Below are positions 39,376 through 52,713 of a stretch of DNA of 64,000 nt, piece by piece. Below the pieces are notes generated by a model. It was not told the origin of the DNA. It saw nothing but the letters and a program-made list of their open reading frames with translations, and did no database searches. The DNA lies in NCBI GenBank assembly GCA_964016885.1, contig OZ024745.1, positions 121,520,001-121,584,000 on the forward strand. Reading direction: 5' to 3'. The number at the start of each line of letters is the position of its first letter. Positions within the stretch are counted from its first letter, which is position 1. This DNA comes from Eledone cirrhosa. Its lineage: Eukaryota. The translations under genes were made by a program, and so were the position numbers.

Positions 39376-39616
39376 TCAAGGTTGAAGAGTCGATGGATGG
39401 ATGAAACGGGACACAAACAGAACCGGTTGTTAAACGTGTTGTAAGATACTACAAAGAGCAATGTTTTATGTTAGCCAAACAAATAACAAGGAAGCCTTTA
39501 TTGTTTTAACTTAAATATTCTTCACATATTCTAGTCATGTCTACGTGATGTAATATATATATATACTACCTTGATTAAATCTTAACCATTTAACATCTCA
39601 GGGTATGTCATGTATC

Positions 39617-39679
39617 ATTATATTTTGTCTGATGAGGACGTATGGTTGTACATCCGAAATATGTATAATAAAATGTAAT
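39617..39679 (+). ncRNA. Type I minimal hammerhead ribozyme (Penelope-associated type)
   Basis: Stem I attatattttgt/ataaaatgtaat, CTGATGA, stem II ggacgta/tacatcc, GAAA, minimal stem III tatgta, UH = TA. Confidence 0.7.
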
Positions 39680-40699
39680 TGATCAAAAGAACATCTATTT
39701 TATTAATATTTGTATTTTAATGTTAATAACTCTGGAAAATTATTTTTCGTAGAGTGCTTCCAATCTACTGTAAAATTCATTCTTTGATATACTCATTGAA
39801 TCTTGTTTAACTCTTTAATATATATATATATATATATATTAATAAGGGTTGACGGACCCAGCATATTTATCAATGCCAGTCCCGGTTGTATCTCAGCGCT
39901 CTCAATGGGCAATGTAAGATACATTACCAGAGTATACAGTTATTTGCCTCAACACAACACATGTAAAACAGGTGCCTATAAGGTTACCGGACTCGAGTGT
40001 TTGCAGCACTAATGTACACTGCACCATCTGTCTGCATATATTATGCAACAATGCACAATCGGCTTATGCTTCTTCCTCAGCGGGTATCGCCTAATCAATA
40101 ACCAATCAATCGACATAATCCAAACACCGGCCCATGCCGGTCATGACTGTTTGTGACAACCGACACGGTAAAGCGATTAACTGGCAACCGATAGGACTCT
40201 ATCTCTCAACTAGCCACTGATTTATAAATTTTACGTGGGGACGGGAAGCTAAAAAGAATCAATCTATTAGTTCCTGTCAGAAGCTTTCAGCCAACACAAA
40301 TTATCAAGGGGTGAAAAGATGGCTATTAGAAATAGCATATATATATAACTTCGCTTTTTTGGCGCTAACGATGAATTTATTTACTTTTTTTAACGAATAT
40401 GAATCATGATCATTTTAGGTCCGTTCTCCTTGCCATAATGTAGATTATAATCCACAAACATCGTTTAAGCCCGTCCGTAAAACATCTAGTTATGTGTCAA
40501 GGCAATTAGCGTAGGATATCATCTGCTTAATAAAGGCGTGGTTGAAAAGGGGCACAGACACTTACAAGAGCTGCGTATATGGAGTTTAAACTTGGAAATA
40601 TAACATGTAAACAGACACATGAAAAAATATCATAAGTGAATGATGTGTAGTGCGACAATATTGAAATTAAAGCAGGTTCAAAAAGTATTGCTTTTGTCA

Positions 40700-40724
40700 T
40701 TTGGCGCCAAACAATTTTGCGGGA
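40700..40724. promoter_or_regulatory. Palindromic E2F site TTTGGCGCCAAA plus adjacent tttgcggga
   Basis: Matches the E2F consensus TTTSSCGC on both strands, about 440 bp upstream of the eIF3J ATG. Confidence 0.55.
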
Positions 40725-41146
40725 TTTGTCACGTTGCAACGAAAAATCAAAACTGTAAACCATAGCAACTGAAGAAATATTATTGTAAAATTGTATAATT
40801 AATTTATAAAGTGAATATACATAGCATTGCATTTCTTAATAATACAACACAAGGAATTTAATAACTTGTTTTTCTAAAATTTACCTACGAAATACGAATA
40901 TAGATAAAACACATGCGTATAATCTCGAAGAAGAGATTTAATTTTGAAAAAAAAAAGCAAATAAAGACAATATCATCTTTTCTTTTTATACATTCAATGA
41001 CAGTTATCCAAATATTTAACTCAAAAATTATATATCATATTTAGTTGTTTATGATAAACTTGTTTTTTTTTTAGTTTAAACAATTTCTTCTTATCGAATA
41101 TTCCTTGGTGTCGAGAATATAATCAGCAGCGGCAACGTTTTCCAAG

Positions 41147-41165
41147 ATGTCGGACGCAGACTGGG
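41147..41165 (+). CDS. EIF3J: eIF3 subunit J, exon 1
   Basis: caagATG TCG GAC GCA GAC TGG G|gtacgt (MSDADW). Confidence 0.85.
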
Positions 41166-41363
41166 GTACGTGGTTCCAGTCTTTATATTACACCAATAAT
41201 CCACATGGTTTATTTCATTTATTGCCATGACATTTTAAAATAATTTAATTACATTTTATTGATATCATTGTATATTCGAAGAAGTAGATTGTCATTTTTG
41301 TTTAATCTTTTTTTTTTAATCCTCACATGGGGCACTTCAATATTGTCCCTTTTCTCTTGACAG

Positions 41364-41440
41364 AAAAGGAAGATTTCGGATTCCAACAACACGTCGTCAG
41401 TGATAAATGGGAAGGAGAGGATGAAGATGATGACGTTAAA
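41364..41440 (+). CDS. EIF3J: eIF3J exon 2
   Basis: KEDFGFQQHVVSDKWEGEDEDDDVK|gtaagc; the WEGEDEDxDVK motif is typical of eIF3J. Confidence 0.92.
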
Positions 41441-42214
41441 GTAAGCTTTATAAACCTATTTATGTTAGAAACTTATAAGAAAACGAAAAGAAAATAGTTT
41501 TAAAAGTACTTTTTTATTTTTCCAAAATGGCTGACCAATATATTTCGTTTCAATTTTGATTTAAAATTAACTTTTTCATTCTTATTGTCATTTATTTGTT
41601 ATCGCTTCCTTAGAGATCGCTTATCACGAAATTTGTTCGAAAAATAATCATTTTTATACTGGTCGATTTAGACTACATTAAAAAAAAAAGTCTTTTTATT
41701 CACCACTTCTAGATTTCAGATTTCCATGAAATGGCATCTTAAATTCTGTAGACATCTGTTAAGGACACGTTTTATATTGCATAAAATAATTTGAAAGCGA
41801 TCAAGTTTGAACTGCTATATAATTTAATAACTTTATTTCAACTAGAGTGTAGTAACTGGTTCGTAAGGAAGAACACATGTGAGTTATCTGTCTTAATCAG
41901 CCAAACTCGATTCATACTAGAAAGATCTGTCCAGTATCATTAAAATAACTTATTGAATTTATTTTGCGTATAATAAATATATTTTGACTAACTATATATA
42001 TTGTATTCCCCAAACAGATTTCTTATGGCAGTTTATATATATATTTATAAAAAAAAAATAGAATTAACAGTTCTGTTACTTGAGGAGTCCCAATATGAAC
42101 GTAACCTCTGTCAATACATGTCCCAATAATAATTGCCCACCCAAAATCGAATGTGTACCATATTGCTGATTATGTATATAATTGTACCATATGTATATAT
42201 ATCTATAGAAAGAT

Positions 42215-42245
<31 letters not shown>

Positions 42246-43502
42246 GTCGGGCCTCCTGTTGTTTTAACCAAACATATATATATATATAAAGGTTTGGTTA
42301 TATATATAGCGATCTTTAGAATTAGATGCGGGACTTTACGCTAAATGATAATTTTATTTAGATTACAACTGTAGATATGGTTATCGTATGGTTGGTTGAC
42401 ACGCGATTCTTTGTCTTTATTCCAGTTTTGATATTAATGCGATGCATGGTGATCACGTGTGAACTTTCAAGTATTATAAAACAAATGTCTTGATCTGAAC
42501 TTTTCGTTTGGCATAAATCGCTTATAAGAATAAAACATAATTAGTAATTAGCTTAAACAAATTATCTGTCCTCGTATTTTCCTTTCCAGCAATCTGGCTT
42601 CATATTTTCGTTATTTTGGTATCTGACCTGTTTCTTCCCTATAACATTTGAAATTGAGATAATTTGGTTGAAACCTTGTTTTAGCTAACCTGTAGGCATT
42701 ACCAGAAACGTCACACCTCATTATTCTTCCAGACACGAATACATCTGCCGACAGAGATCATAAACCACTTTGGGGGTATTTTGTGATGGTGACAACCATA
42801 TGCTCTACTGTCTAGCACACGTTTGCCATTTATATTCCACACTGTTTAGTTAATATCTGATTTGGTAGACGATTCGAAATATATGTATATTATAAAAGCA
42901 TCGTTTAATGTTCACTTTCCTTGATATGGGAAGTTCGTTCTATTCTGGGTTAGTCACTGCAAGTATAGAAGCGAGAAATATTTTATCCTTCCTCGCCCAC
43001 TTATTCCTGTGAGTCGTGTGGGCATAGTCCTCAAACACCCTCGCCAGCAGGTCAAATATTTTACCAATTAAAAAAAACCAACATTCGTTTGATTTTGAGG
43101 CTGATCCATTTCCACCATATGGAGTGACTAAATTGGCGATATTAACCTCTTATCACCTTCACTTTGGTGACACCACTTTTTCGCTAATTTCTACAGGGTG
43201 GCCAATGAAGGAGCATCTGTGTGGTCGTTCAATCTGCTAGAAATAACAGCCACGTTTCTCTCAAATCATACGCTTTAGATTTATTGGAGATGAATTTTTC
43301 ATTTTCTAAAAGTATTGTCAACATAGATTGTGTGGGATTTAAAAAAATTCCAGTTTTAAACCCTGCAAATTTAGTATTTAGCTTTTACCTCTCCAATTGA
43401 TGTCAACTACCATTCTATTTCAATAGATTAAGCATTTTGCTTACTAAAACTTTTTGAAAAATTGTTTACGTGATGTTGATGTCACTTATGTAAACTAGAA
43501 AA

Positions 43503-45734
43503 TATATTGAGCTGTAGCCCTGATAGAACATTCTGACCATCACAATCTTGTCTAATTTACGACTATATTGTATTGAGTTGTAGCCCTGATAGAACATTCT
43601 GACCATCACAATCTTGTCTAATTTACGACTATATTGTATTGAGCTGTAGCCCTGATAGAACATTCTGACCATCACGATCTTGTCTAATTTACGACTATAT
43701 TGTATTGAGCTGTAGCCCTGATAGAGCATTCTGACCATCACAATCTTGTCTAATTTACGACTATATTGTATTGAGCTGTAGCCCTGATAGAACATTCTGA
43801 CCATCACAATCTTGTCTAATTTACGACTATATTGTATTGAGCTGTAGCCCTGATAGAGCATTCTGACCATCACAATCTTGTCTGTAATTTACGACTATAT
43901 TGTATTGTATTGAGCTGTAGCCCTGATAGAACATTCTGACCATCACAATCTTGTCTAATTTACGACTATATTGTATTGGGTTGTAGCTCTGATAGAACAT
44001 TCTGACCATCACAATCTTGTCTAATTTACGACTATATTGTATTGAGTTGTAGCCCTGATAGAACATTCTGACCATCACGATCTTGTCTGTAATTTACGAC
44101 TATATTGTATTGAGTTGTAGCCCTGATAGAACATTCTGACCATCACGATCTTGTCTGTAATTTACGACTATATTGTATTGAGCTGTAGCCCTGATAGAAC
44201 ATTCTGACCATCACAATCTTGTCTAATTTACGACTATATTGTATTGGGTTGTAGCTCTGATAGAACATTCTGACCATCACAATCTTGTCTAATTTACGAC
44301 TATATTGTATTGTATTGAGTTGTAGCCCTGATAGAGCATTCTGACCATCACGATCTTGTCTGTAATTTACGACTATATTGTATTGAGTTGTAGCCCTGAT
44401 AGAACATTCTGACCATCACGATCTTGTCTGTAATTTACGACTATATTGTATTGTATTGAGTTGTAGCCCTGATAGAGCATTCTGACCATCACGATCTTGT
44501 CTAATTTACGACTATATTGTATTGAGTTGTAGCCCTGATAGAGCATTCTGACCATCACAATCTTGTCTAATTTACGACTATATTGTATTGAGTTGTAGCC
44601 CTGATAGAGCATTCTGACCATCACGATCTTGTCTAATTTACGACTATATTGTATTGAGTTGTAGCCCTGATAGAGCATTCTGACCATCACAATCTTGTCT
44701 AATTTACGACTATATTGTATTGAGTTGTAGCCCTGATAGAACATTCTGACCATCACAATCTTGTCTAATTTACGACTATATTGTATTGAGTTGTAGCCCT
44801 GATAGAGCATTCTGACCATCACAATCTTGTCTAATTTACGACTATATTGTATTGAGTTGTAGCCCTGATAGAGCATTCTGACCATCACGATCTTGTCTAA
44901 TTTACGACTATATTGTATTGAGCTGTAGCCCTGATAGAACATTCTGACCATCACAATCTTGTCTAATTTACGACTATATTGTATTGTATTGAGCTGTAGC
45001 CCTGATAGAACATTCTGACCATCACGATCTTGTCTAATTTACGACTATATTGTATTGAGTTGTAGCCCTGATAGAACATTCTGACCATCACAATCTTGTC
45101 TAATTTACGACTATATTGTATTGAGCTGTAGCCCTGATAGAACATTCTGACCATCACGATCTTGTCTAATTTACGACTATATTGTATTGAGTTGTAGCCC
45201 TGATAGAACATTCTGACCATCACAATCTTGTCTAATTTACGACTATATTGTATTGAGCTGTAGCCCTGATAGAACATTCTGACCATCACAATCTTGTCTA
45301 ATTTACGACTATATTGTATTGTATTGAGCTGTAGCCCTGATAGAACATTCTGACCATCACAATCTTGTCTGTAATTTACGACTATATTGTATTGTATTGA
45401 GCTGTAGCCCTGATAGAACATTCTGACCATCACAATCTTGTCTGTAATTTACGACTATATTGTATTGAGTTGTAGCCCTGATAGAACATTCTGACCATCA
45501 CAATCTTGTCTGTAATTTACGACTATATTGTATTGAGTTGTAGCCCTGATAGAACATTCTGACCATCACAATCTTGTCTGTAATTTACGACTATATTGTA
45601 TTGAGTTGGTAGCCCTGATAGAACATTCTGACCATCACGATCTTCTCTGTAATTTACGACTATATTGTATTGAGTTGTAGCCCTGATAGAACATTCTGAC
45701 CATCACAATCTTGTCTGTAATTTACGACTATATT
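43503..45734. repeat. 66-bp minisatellite (variants 68/71/73 bp), about 33 copies
   Basis: gactatattgtattgagttgtagccctgatagaacattctgaccatcacaatcttgtctaatttac. Confidence 0.97.
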
Positions 45735-46349
45735 ATCCAATGAATGTAATTTAAGCGAAATTTGGTTGATGTTTAATTGGTGTATAACAAATTGGAAATC
45801 TTCGTTTAACGTCCATTTTCCACAATAGCATGGATTAGACAGACGAATTGTGAGACAGCCAGGTCAGAGGACTTTTGCTCTCACACAACTGATTTGAACT
45901 TGGTTTCTACGGCTGGATGCCCTTCCTAACGTCAACCACATTTACAGAGTGTACTGGGTGCTTTTTGTCGTGATACCTACATGACCACTTTACAGCGTGA
46001 ACTGGCCACTTTTTGTTGTGTTGCCAACACAATCACCTTACAGTGTGGACTGGGTTCTTATTAGTCATGGCTTCAGGATGGCCATTTTATGGTGTGGATT
46101 AGGGACTTGAGAGGAAAGGTGGTGCATACTAGAGTCTTCTGTATTACTATGAGTCTTCCTAGGCCTATCCACTCCATTGCTTCCATCAACTTTGAGCGCC
46201 TTGCACCTCATCATCATCATTTCACTTATGCCTAATTTCTCTCTCAGTTAATTTATACGAAAAACATGGACGGAGGTGGTGAGAGCAGATGTCAGATCGC
46301 TGAAACTCACCGAGGAGATGACGAAGGGCCGTGACAAGACATAAAATGA

Positions 46350-47540
46350 TGATGAGGACATCCATTGGAGCATGGAAGCTTCATTTCTTTCCAATTTTCT
46401 CAGGTCTTCTGCACACACTGCCCAGATCTTGTTACTGTGCAACATTATTGTTTGTATACATGCATCATACAGTCTGCCTTTCATTTTGAGGAATAAAACC
46501 TTTTGTAGTTAGCAGCAGCAGTAACTCTCTTTAACTTTCTTCAACCCATTCTCATTCTGGCTATTGTGCATTTGGTCACCCAGGTAACAGAAAGTATCAA
46601 ACTATCTTGTGTACCTATAGTTTGTATTTGGGATATAGGGTGGAATTTCTACCTACATATTTTCTGCCACTGAGCAAGGCCGTTTTCTTCAGGAGATCTG
46701 GGTCCTGTTTCCTTTCTACTTACTAGAACTTGAGTCTATGCCAAGTTGATTTACGGTCTTTTGATTCTAGGCCATGCTTCCAGATTTGGAATTTCTTCTC
46801 ATAGATTCAGCTATAAGGGTTAGGTCATCTACATACAGGAGTTCTCATGGGCAGCAGTTATAGCCTGCAAGACAATAATAAACTGGAGAGGGTTATGAAT
46901 TGAGCCCTGATGAACCCCAACTTTCATGCTATAGCCATTGTTAATTCTGACCTTGCTGACTGTTCTTCTGTACATGGCCTGTCCTGTCCTCATAAACCTC
47001 TCATCTACTCCTAGTTTTCTAAAAGCTTTCTCCAGGTCCACAAAGGACAAGTAGAGGGGTTCACCTTTAGCTAGGTACTTCTGCAGTTGCCTACAAGGAA
47101 GAGAGCATCTGTGGTACTTTTACCTGGCACAAATCCAAACTGTCACACCTAGGTTAACGCATTCTCTAATCAGCTGTGTGATAACTCTTTCAATGACCTT
47201 CATAACCTGGTCAACCAACTCAATGACTATAGTTTTCCGTCTAAAGCATCCCCTTTGCCCTTGTAGCATCTTTTTGTATTACCTGGTTTAAAATGCGGAT
47301 GACTGGCGTGACCCATTATTCCTGAAGCTTTCACATCTCGGCAACTATTCCTTAAGGGTCCAACTGCCTTGCCTGTCTATCTTTGATTGCCTTACTTACT
47401 ATACCACTGCTGAGCCTGTACAGCTGGTTCCTCTTTTGGGTCAACTTGGTGCAAACTATTTTCCTCCGATGCATTCTCTTCAGTAATATTTCATGGTGGC
47501 ACTGCCATGCTACCTTCTTTTCAGCGTCAGTGAGGGCAGT
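46350..47540 (-). mobile_element. RTE LINE ORF2 fragment (decayed)
   Basis: FVDLEKAF, VGVHQGS..PLQFIIVL, KGRLYDAC motifs. Confidence 0.8.
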
Positions 47541-48442
47541 AATTTTCCTAGCTGAATGACAGTTAAAGGTTTTACATTGTTTATTAATGCTTTTGAGAAA
47601 TTAAAAATAGTTCAGTTCAGATAAAAACAAATTAATGGTATGAATTCATTAACTTATTTAAAAAAAAAAAAATATTTGTGGGGGTGGGGGGTTGAGAGTA
47701 ACATGATTTTTAGACTAAAATAGTATTTGGTTTACTTCACTACTGGCAATTGCTATACACATTCTATTACAATCTTGTCAGTTAACACTAACACTTTGCT
47801 GTTTATAACACAGGACTGCAACCTCTGGCGCTATGCAGTACTACAGAAGACCCGCCCTCCCATATGCTTGAGTTGAGGCATATATCTAATAGGCAACACC
47901 TCCAACTTTACCATGTCCCCTCTCATACGCTTCCTTTGCTGTAACCATCCCTCCTCTATTACCAATGTCCTCAATTTCCACAAGCTTCTCTCCTCTACCC
48001 CACTAGTTCCCATCCCACCATGAACTGGCTCCCCTGGAGCTATGACAAAAATGCCCAGTCCACACTAATGTGGTCATGTAGCAGTCACGGCAAAAAGCAC
48101 CCAGCACACACTGTAAATATGGTTGGGGTTAGGAAGGGCATCCAGCTGTAAAAGCCAAGCCAAAATCAGCCCTAGGTGAGCGAAACACAGTTCTGAGCAT
48201 ATTGGTTTCACTTTATTAGTCACTCTTGTTATATCCATCCCAGCACAATATTGATAGAAGTTAACTATGACTTATATTAGTTTATTTTAACCCTTCTGTG
48301 CCTGTTCTATAAAATAACTTACACAGTACAGAAACTCCTTCACTTTCTATGACTAATATGTACAGTGATATTGTCTAACCCATGCTAGCATGGAAAATGG
48401 ATGTTAAACGAAGATGATGATGATATGGTTTTATATGAGATA

Positions 48443-48785
48443 GGCACATGGCTTAGTGGTTAGAGCATTGACCTTGCAATCGAAAGGTTGTGAGTTCAAT
48501 TCTTAGACCGGGTGATGTGTTGTTTCCTTGAGGAAGACACTTTATTTCACATTGCTCCAGTTTACTCAGCTGTAGAAATGAGATGATAGGGACTGGGGTC
48601 CATATCATTCAACTGCAAAGTGGTCGTGGAGGTGCCACGGCAAAAAAGCACATAGCACTCACTGTAAATGAGGTTGGTGTTAGGAAGGGCATCCAGCTGT
48701 AGGAATCAAGCCAGAATCAGTTCCCGTCCCACCCTTGCAAGCAGGGAAAAAGCGGACGTAAAATGAAATGATGATGATGATGAAG
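48443..48785 (+). mobile_element. Full-length tRNA/CORE-like SINE with (GAT)n tail
   Basis: A box tggcttagtgg, B box gagttcaattc, core tccttgaggaagacact, tail gatgatg. Confidence 0.85.
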
Positions 48786-51039
48786 CATTATATCTCTAAC
48801 AAACAAGATAAGTGAGATGTGAATACAGAAATATCTATTAAACTGCTGTTATGATCTTCAGAGAAATATTGTTACTAGTAATATCCTTTCCACTGTCCTC
48901 TAATTATCATTCTGTTGTACTTTCAACACTAGTTTCTGACAAATGTAGAAAGGGGAAAATCACCATTGTTTTTATGATCCACTTTTCTATGCTGGTACGG
49001 AATGTTTTACACCCTAGTGTCCTTCCTAATGCCAATCCTTTTATCACTACTAACAACACCCATTGATACAATGTATCTATTCTAAAAAGCAAGATACACA
49101 TGTGTGTTCATTTTTATGAAGGTGAACATAATGGGTTTTGCTTGCTAGACCTTTAAATTCCTCAAGGTCAAATGATGCCATCTTTTTAAACATTGGTAGA
49201 TTAAGAAGGTTATCCATCATCATTATTTGTTTGTGTAAATCCATGTTGTATTAGAAATATGCTGGGTGAATTTTATGCCAAGATGTTATATCCTAATCTT
49301 AAATACTGAGACCACCTCTCAGGTCTTTGGTCAGTATAAAATCCACTGAAAATCAATTCAGCTGAAAGCAAGGAACAAATATGTTGGCATACTCTTTCTT
49401 CACTTCGACTCAATATTCAATACCGGTGTGTCTGCCAAGTTGGTTTTAATCCTTTAGCATTTAAACCAGCAATATCCAACCAGAATTCTCTCACCTCTTT
49501 CTGTTCTAACTGGCCACTCATACTGATGTTAAGGTATTGTTCTCAAAATAAATATCAAAATCTCATAGATTTGATATTATGAGATAATTATGTAACATAA
49601 AGCCTTTACAGTGACAATACAATAATAAATATAATGTAAATGCTAAAGGGTTAAAGTATTTTATTATGTAACTAGGTTTTAGAGGTTTCATCAACATCAT
49701 AAAATTTGCTTGTAACTACATAAAAGCTCCCTCATTGATAGATGACTATATGGTGGTATTTTACAAGCTTGTTAGCCAGTACGTTTAGAGATCATCCTGG
49801 AATCTCTTCAGATTAGCAACCTTCCTTTGTAGTTTCTGTTGACTGTGATAAATGGTTTTCCAGCCATTACATTATTATCCTTTTGTTTTTAAGATTGTAA
49901 GTACAAGTATGGCTGTGTACTTAAGAAGTTTGTTTTGCAACCATATGCTCTTCAGTTCTATTCTATTCCCCTGTGTGGCACCTTGGGCTAGTGTCTTCAA
50001 CTATAGCTTAAGGTTAACCAGTGCTTCGTGAGTGAATTTGGTAGACAGAAACTGTGTGTGTCACTGCAAACACCATGTCAATACTTGAAGTGGTCTATAA
50101 AAATTATGATATATAGGTGTGATTTTTGGCTGCTAATAACAAATGTTTGCTGACTTGGCTGTAATTTGTTTTTCTTACTATATACTTGAGGTGTTTATGT
50201 AATTTATAGAGAAACAATAAGATTAATAAAAAAATAATACAGAGAAACAGTCATTTTCAAAAAAGTTGAGTAAATTTGAACTTTGATAGTATGTTATTTT
50301 ATCTATGAGACCCAGGTGCAGACCCTGAGCAAAATAATTGGATAACATCCATGAGCTCAGCTGGTCTCACTTAGGGATCCAGCTGGATCAATTGGAAACG
50401 GTTGCTTCTGACAGGACCCACTGGAAGGAATGTTTGAGGACTCTGACCCCATGACCATCCCAGGACTAAGTTTGTGAAGATGATGATGCTATGTTATTGT
50501 AAGCTGCTACAACATAGGTTTCATCATCATCATTGTTTAATACTTACTTTCCCTGCTAGCAAGGGTTGACGAGTCTACATAGACTGTCAGAACTGAAGCA
50601 AGGTTACTGGCCTCCCTGACAGGTTGGAGGTCTGCATCTCGCTTACGTTTGGTCGAAATTCTACCGAGTACACAGGAGAGGTTGTCATGTCTTTGACAAC
50701 AAGAGTCCTCCCAACTCTTTGTATGGCAAACCTTTGGCTGGGTGCCCTTCCTATCACCAACCACTTTACAGGTTTGATTATAAGATAGTCAAACAAGTTT
50801 GATATGTAAACTAGAGATAGAAGAAAGTGAACAGTCACCTATGGGAATTGTAATTACATCTGCTATATGCCAGTAACGCAGCTATCCAACATATGGTGAG
50901 TTCAATTCCAACATGAAACTGCCTACTTTTCTATCTAAGGGTTTCTTATGCTGAATCTTTTTGATTGTTTAATAGTCAAACCTGCATTATAACAGATTAC
51001 AATAAACTACATTTCAACAAAAGTGTTAATTAAAGTTGT

Positions 51040-51384
51040 ATCATCATCATCATCATTTCATTTTACGTCCCCTTTTCCCTGCTTGCAAGGGTTGGACGGG
51101 AACTGATTCTGGCTTGATTTCTACAGCTGGATGCCCTTCCTAACACCAACCTCATTTACAGTGAGTGCTGGGTGCTTTTTTGCCGTGGCACCTGCACAAC
51201 CACTTGGCAGTGGAATGATAGGGACCCCAATCCCTATCATCTCATTTCTACAGCTGAGTAAACTGGAGCAATGTGAAATAAAGTGTCTTGCTCAAGGAAA
51301 CAACACATCACCCGGTCTGAGAATTGAACTCACAACCTTTCGATTGCAAGGCCAATGCTCTAACCACTAAGCCATGTGCCTCCA
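51040..51384 (-). mobile_element. Inverted near-identical copy of the 48443 SINE
   Basis: Reverse complement aligns end to end with 48443-48785. Confidence 0.85.
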
Positions 51385-51559
51385 TGTATGTAGATTTATT
51401 TATAAAAGTGGCGTAACAGATTCTCATGGAGAAATTAAAATGATCTAATTAAATTTTGATTTTAAGACCTTAATGAAGAAATATTCTGTTGGTGTGAATA
51501 TTTTGTTTTAGATATTCCTTGAACATACTACAATTTTTCTTTTTTAATCTATTTTATAG

Positions 51560-51620
51560 GACAATTGGGAGGATGAGGAGGATGAAAAGAAAGATGCCAA
51601 ACCTGATGAAACGACATCTA
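51560..51620 (+). CDS. EIF3J: eIF3J exon 3
   Basis: ttatag|DNWEDEEDEKKDAKPDETTS A|gtaagt. Confidence 0.9.
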
Positions 51621-52713
51621 GTAAGTTGATTTCTTGCTTATTGATTTTAATTTTGATAGGTGTTAAGCATGATTGTGTGGGTTCTATTTCATTGTGCAAA
51701 CCTTGTGCAATTGTCTTCTATTCTAACCTTGTGTAGGCTTATACATTGTAGGTGGAATTTGGTTAAACGGAAACTATGCAAGAAATCTTTCTTGTCCATG
51801 TATGTTTGAATATCTTGTAACTTATCAGTTTGATAAAGATTTATTTAACCCTTTGGCATTTACTATTTTCTATTTTCAAAGTAAACACTTTATCTCACAT
51901 AATATTGAATCTATCAGATTTTGAGAACATAAGTATGAGCAGCTGGTTTCAACAGAAAGAGGTGAGAGAATTCTGGTCAGTTTAAATGCTAAAGGGTTAA
52001 GCACTAGGGTTGCAGTCCAATGACTGAAACTAGTGAATAAAAATGAAATTTAAAAAAATACATTTTTGTTATGTAGCAATAATCCCAGGGCAATTTACTA
52101 ATTTAAATTCTTTCTTCCCTGATGGCTGCCACTGATTTATATTTTGCTTTCTAAGCCAAATTGTGAAAATTGATAGTTACCCTTTAGCGTTTAATCTAGC
52201 TGTATCTGGCCAGAATTCTCTCCTCTTTCTGTTCAAACCAGCCACTTATACGTATGTTAAGGTATTGTTCTCAAAATCTCATTCGATATTATACGAGAAA
52301 ATAATGTGAAAAAAGGTGTTTACTATGAAAATACAATAGTAAATATAGAATAATGTAAATGCTAAAGGGTTAACATGCCTGTACAAATATTGCTCTAAGT
52401 TTATAAAGATAAAAACATGAAATTTTCAGTGGAGTTTCAAAACTAAATTTTTTAATGGATTTTTCCAAAAGGTTCATTATATTTACATTTTATTAGGTTA
52501 AATAAACAACTTAGTATCATAAACTGTGAGCAAAAACACGAAAAAAACATTTCCTTTAGCTCTCAAATATATACCTGGAAGTTTATATCCACATTTTTAG
52601 AATAGGTACACTGTGTCCCTACATGTCATAAGAGGTGACTAAAAGGGTTAGTCAGGAAGGGCATCCCATGTCAGCCTGGAACAGTAGGCATAAAAACGAT
52701 AATGATTTATTAA

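Noticed and set aside
43466-45433. Repetitive minus-strand ORFs (VMVRMFYQGY...)
   Set aside because: Artefact of the 66-bp satellite, broken by indel variants
48443-48510. tRNA gene
   Set aside because: The A/B boxes continue into a SINE core and tail, with no proper acceptor stem; the same applies at 3377 and 51384
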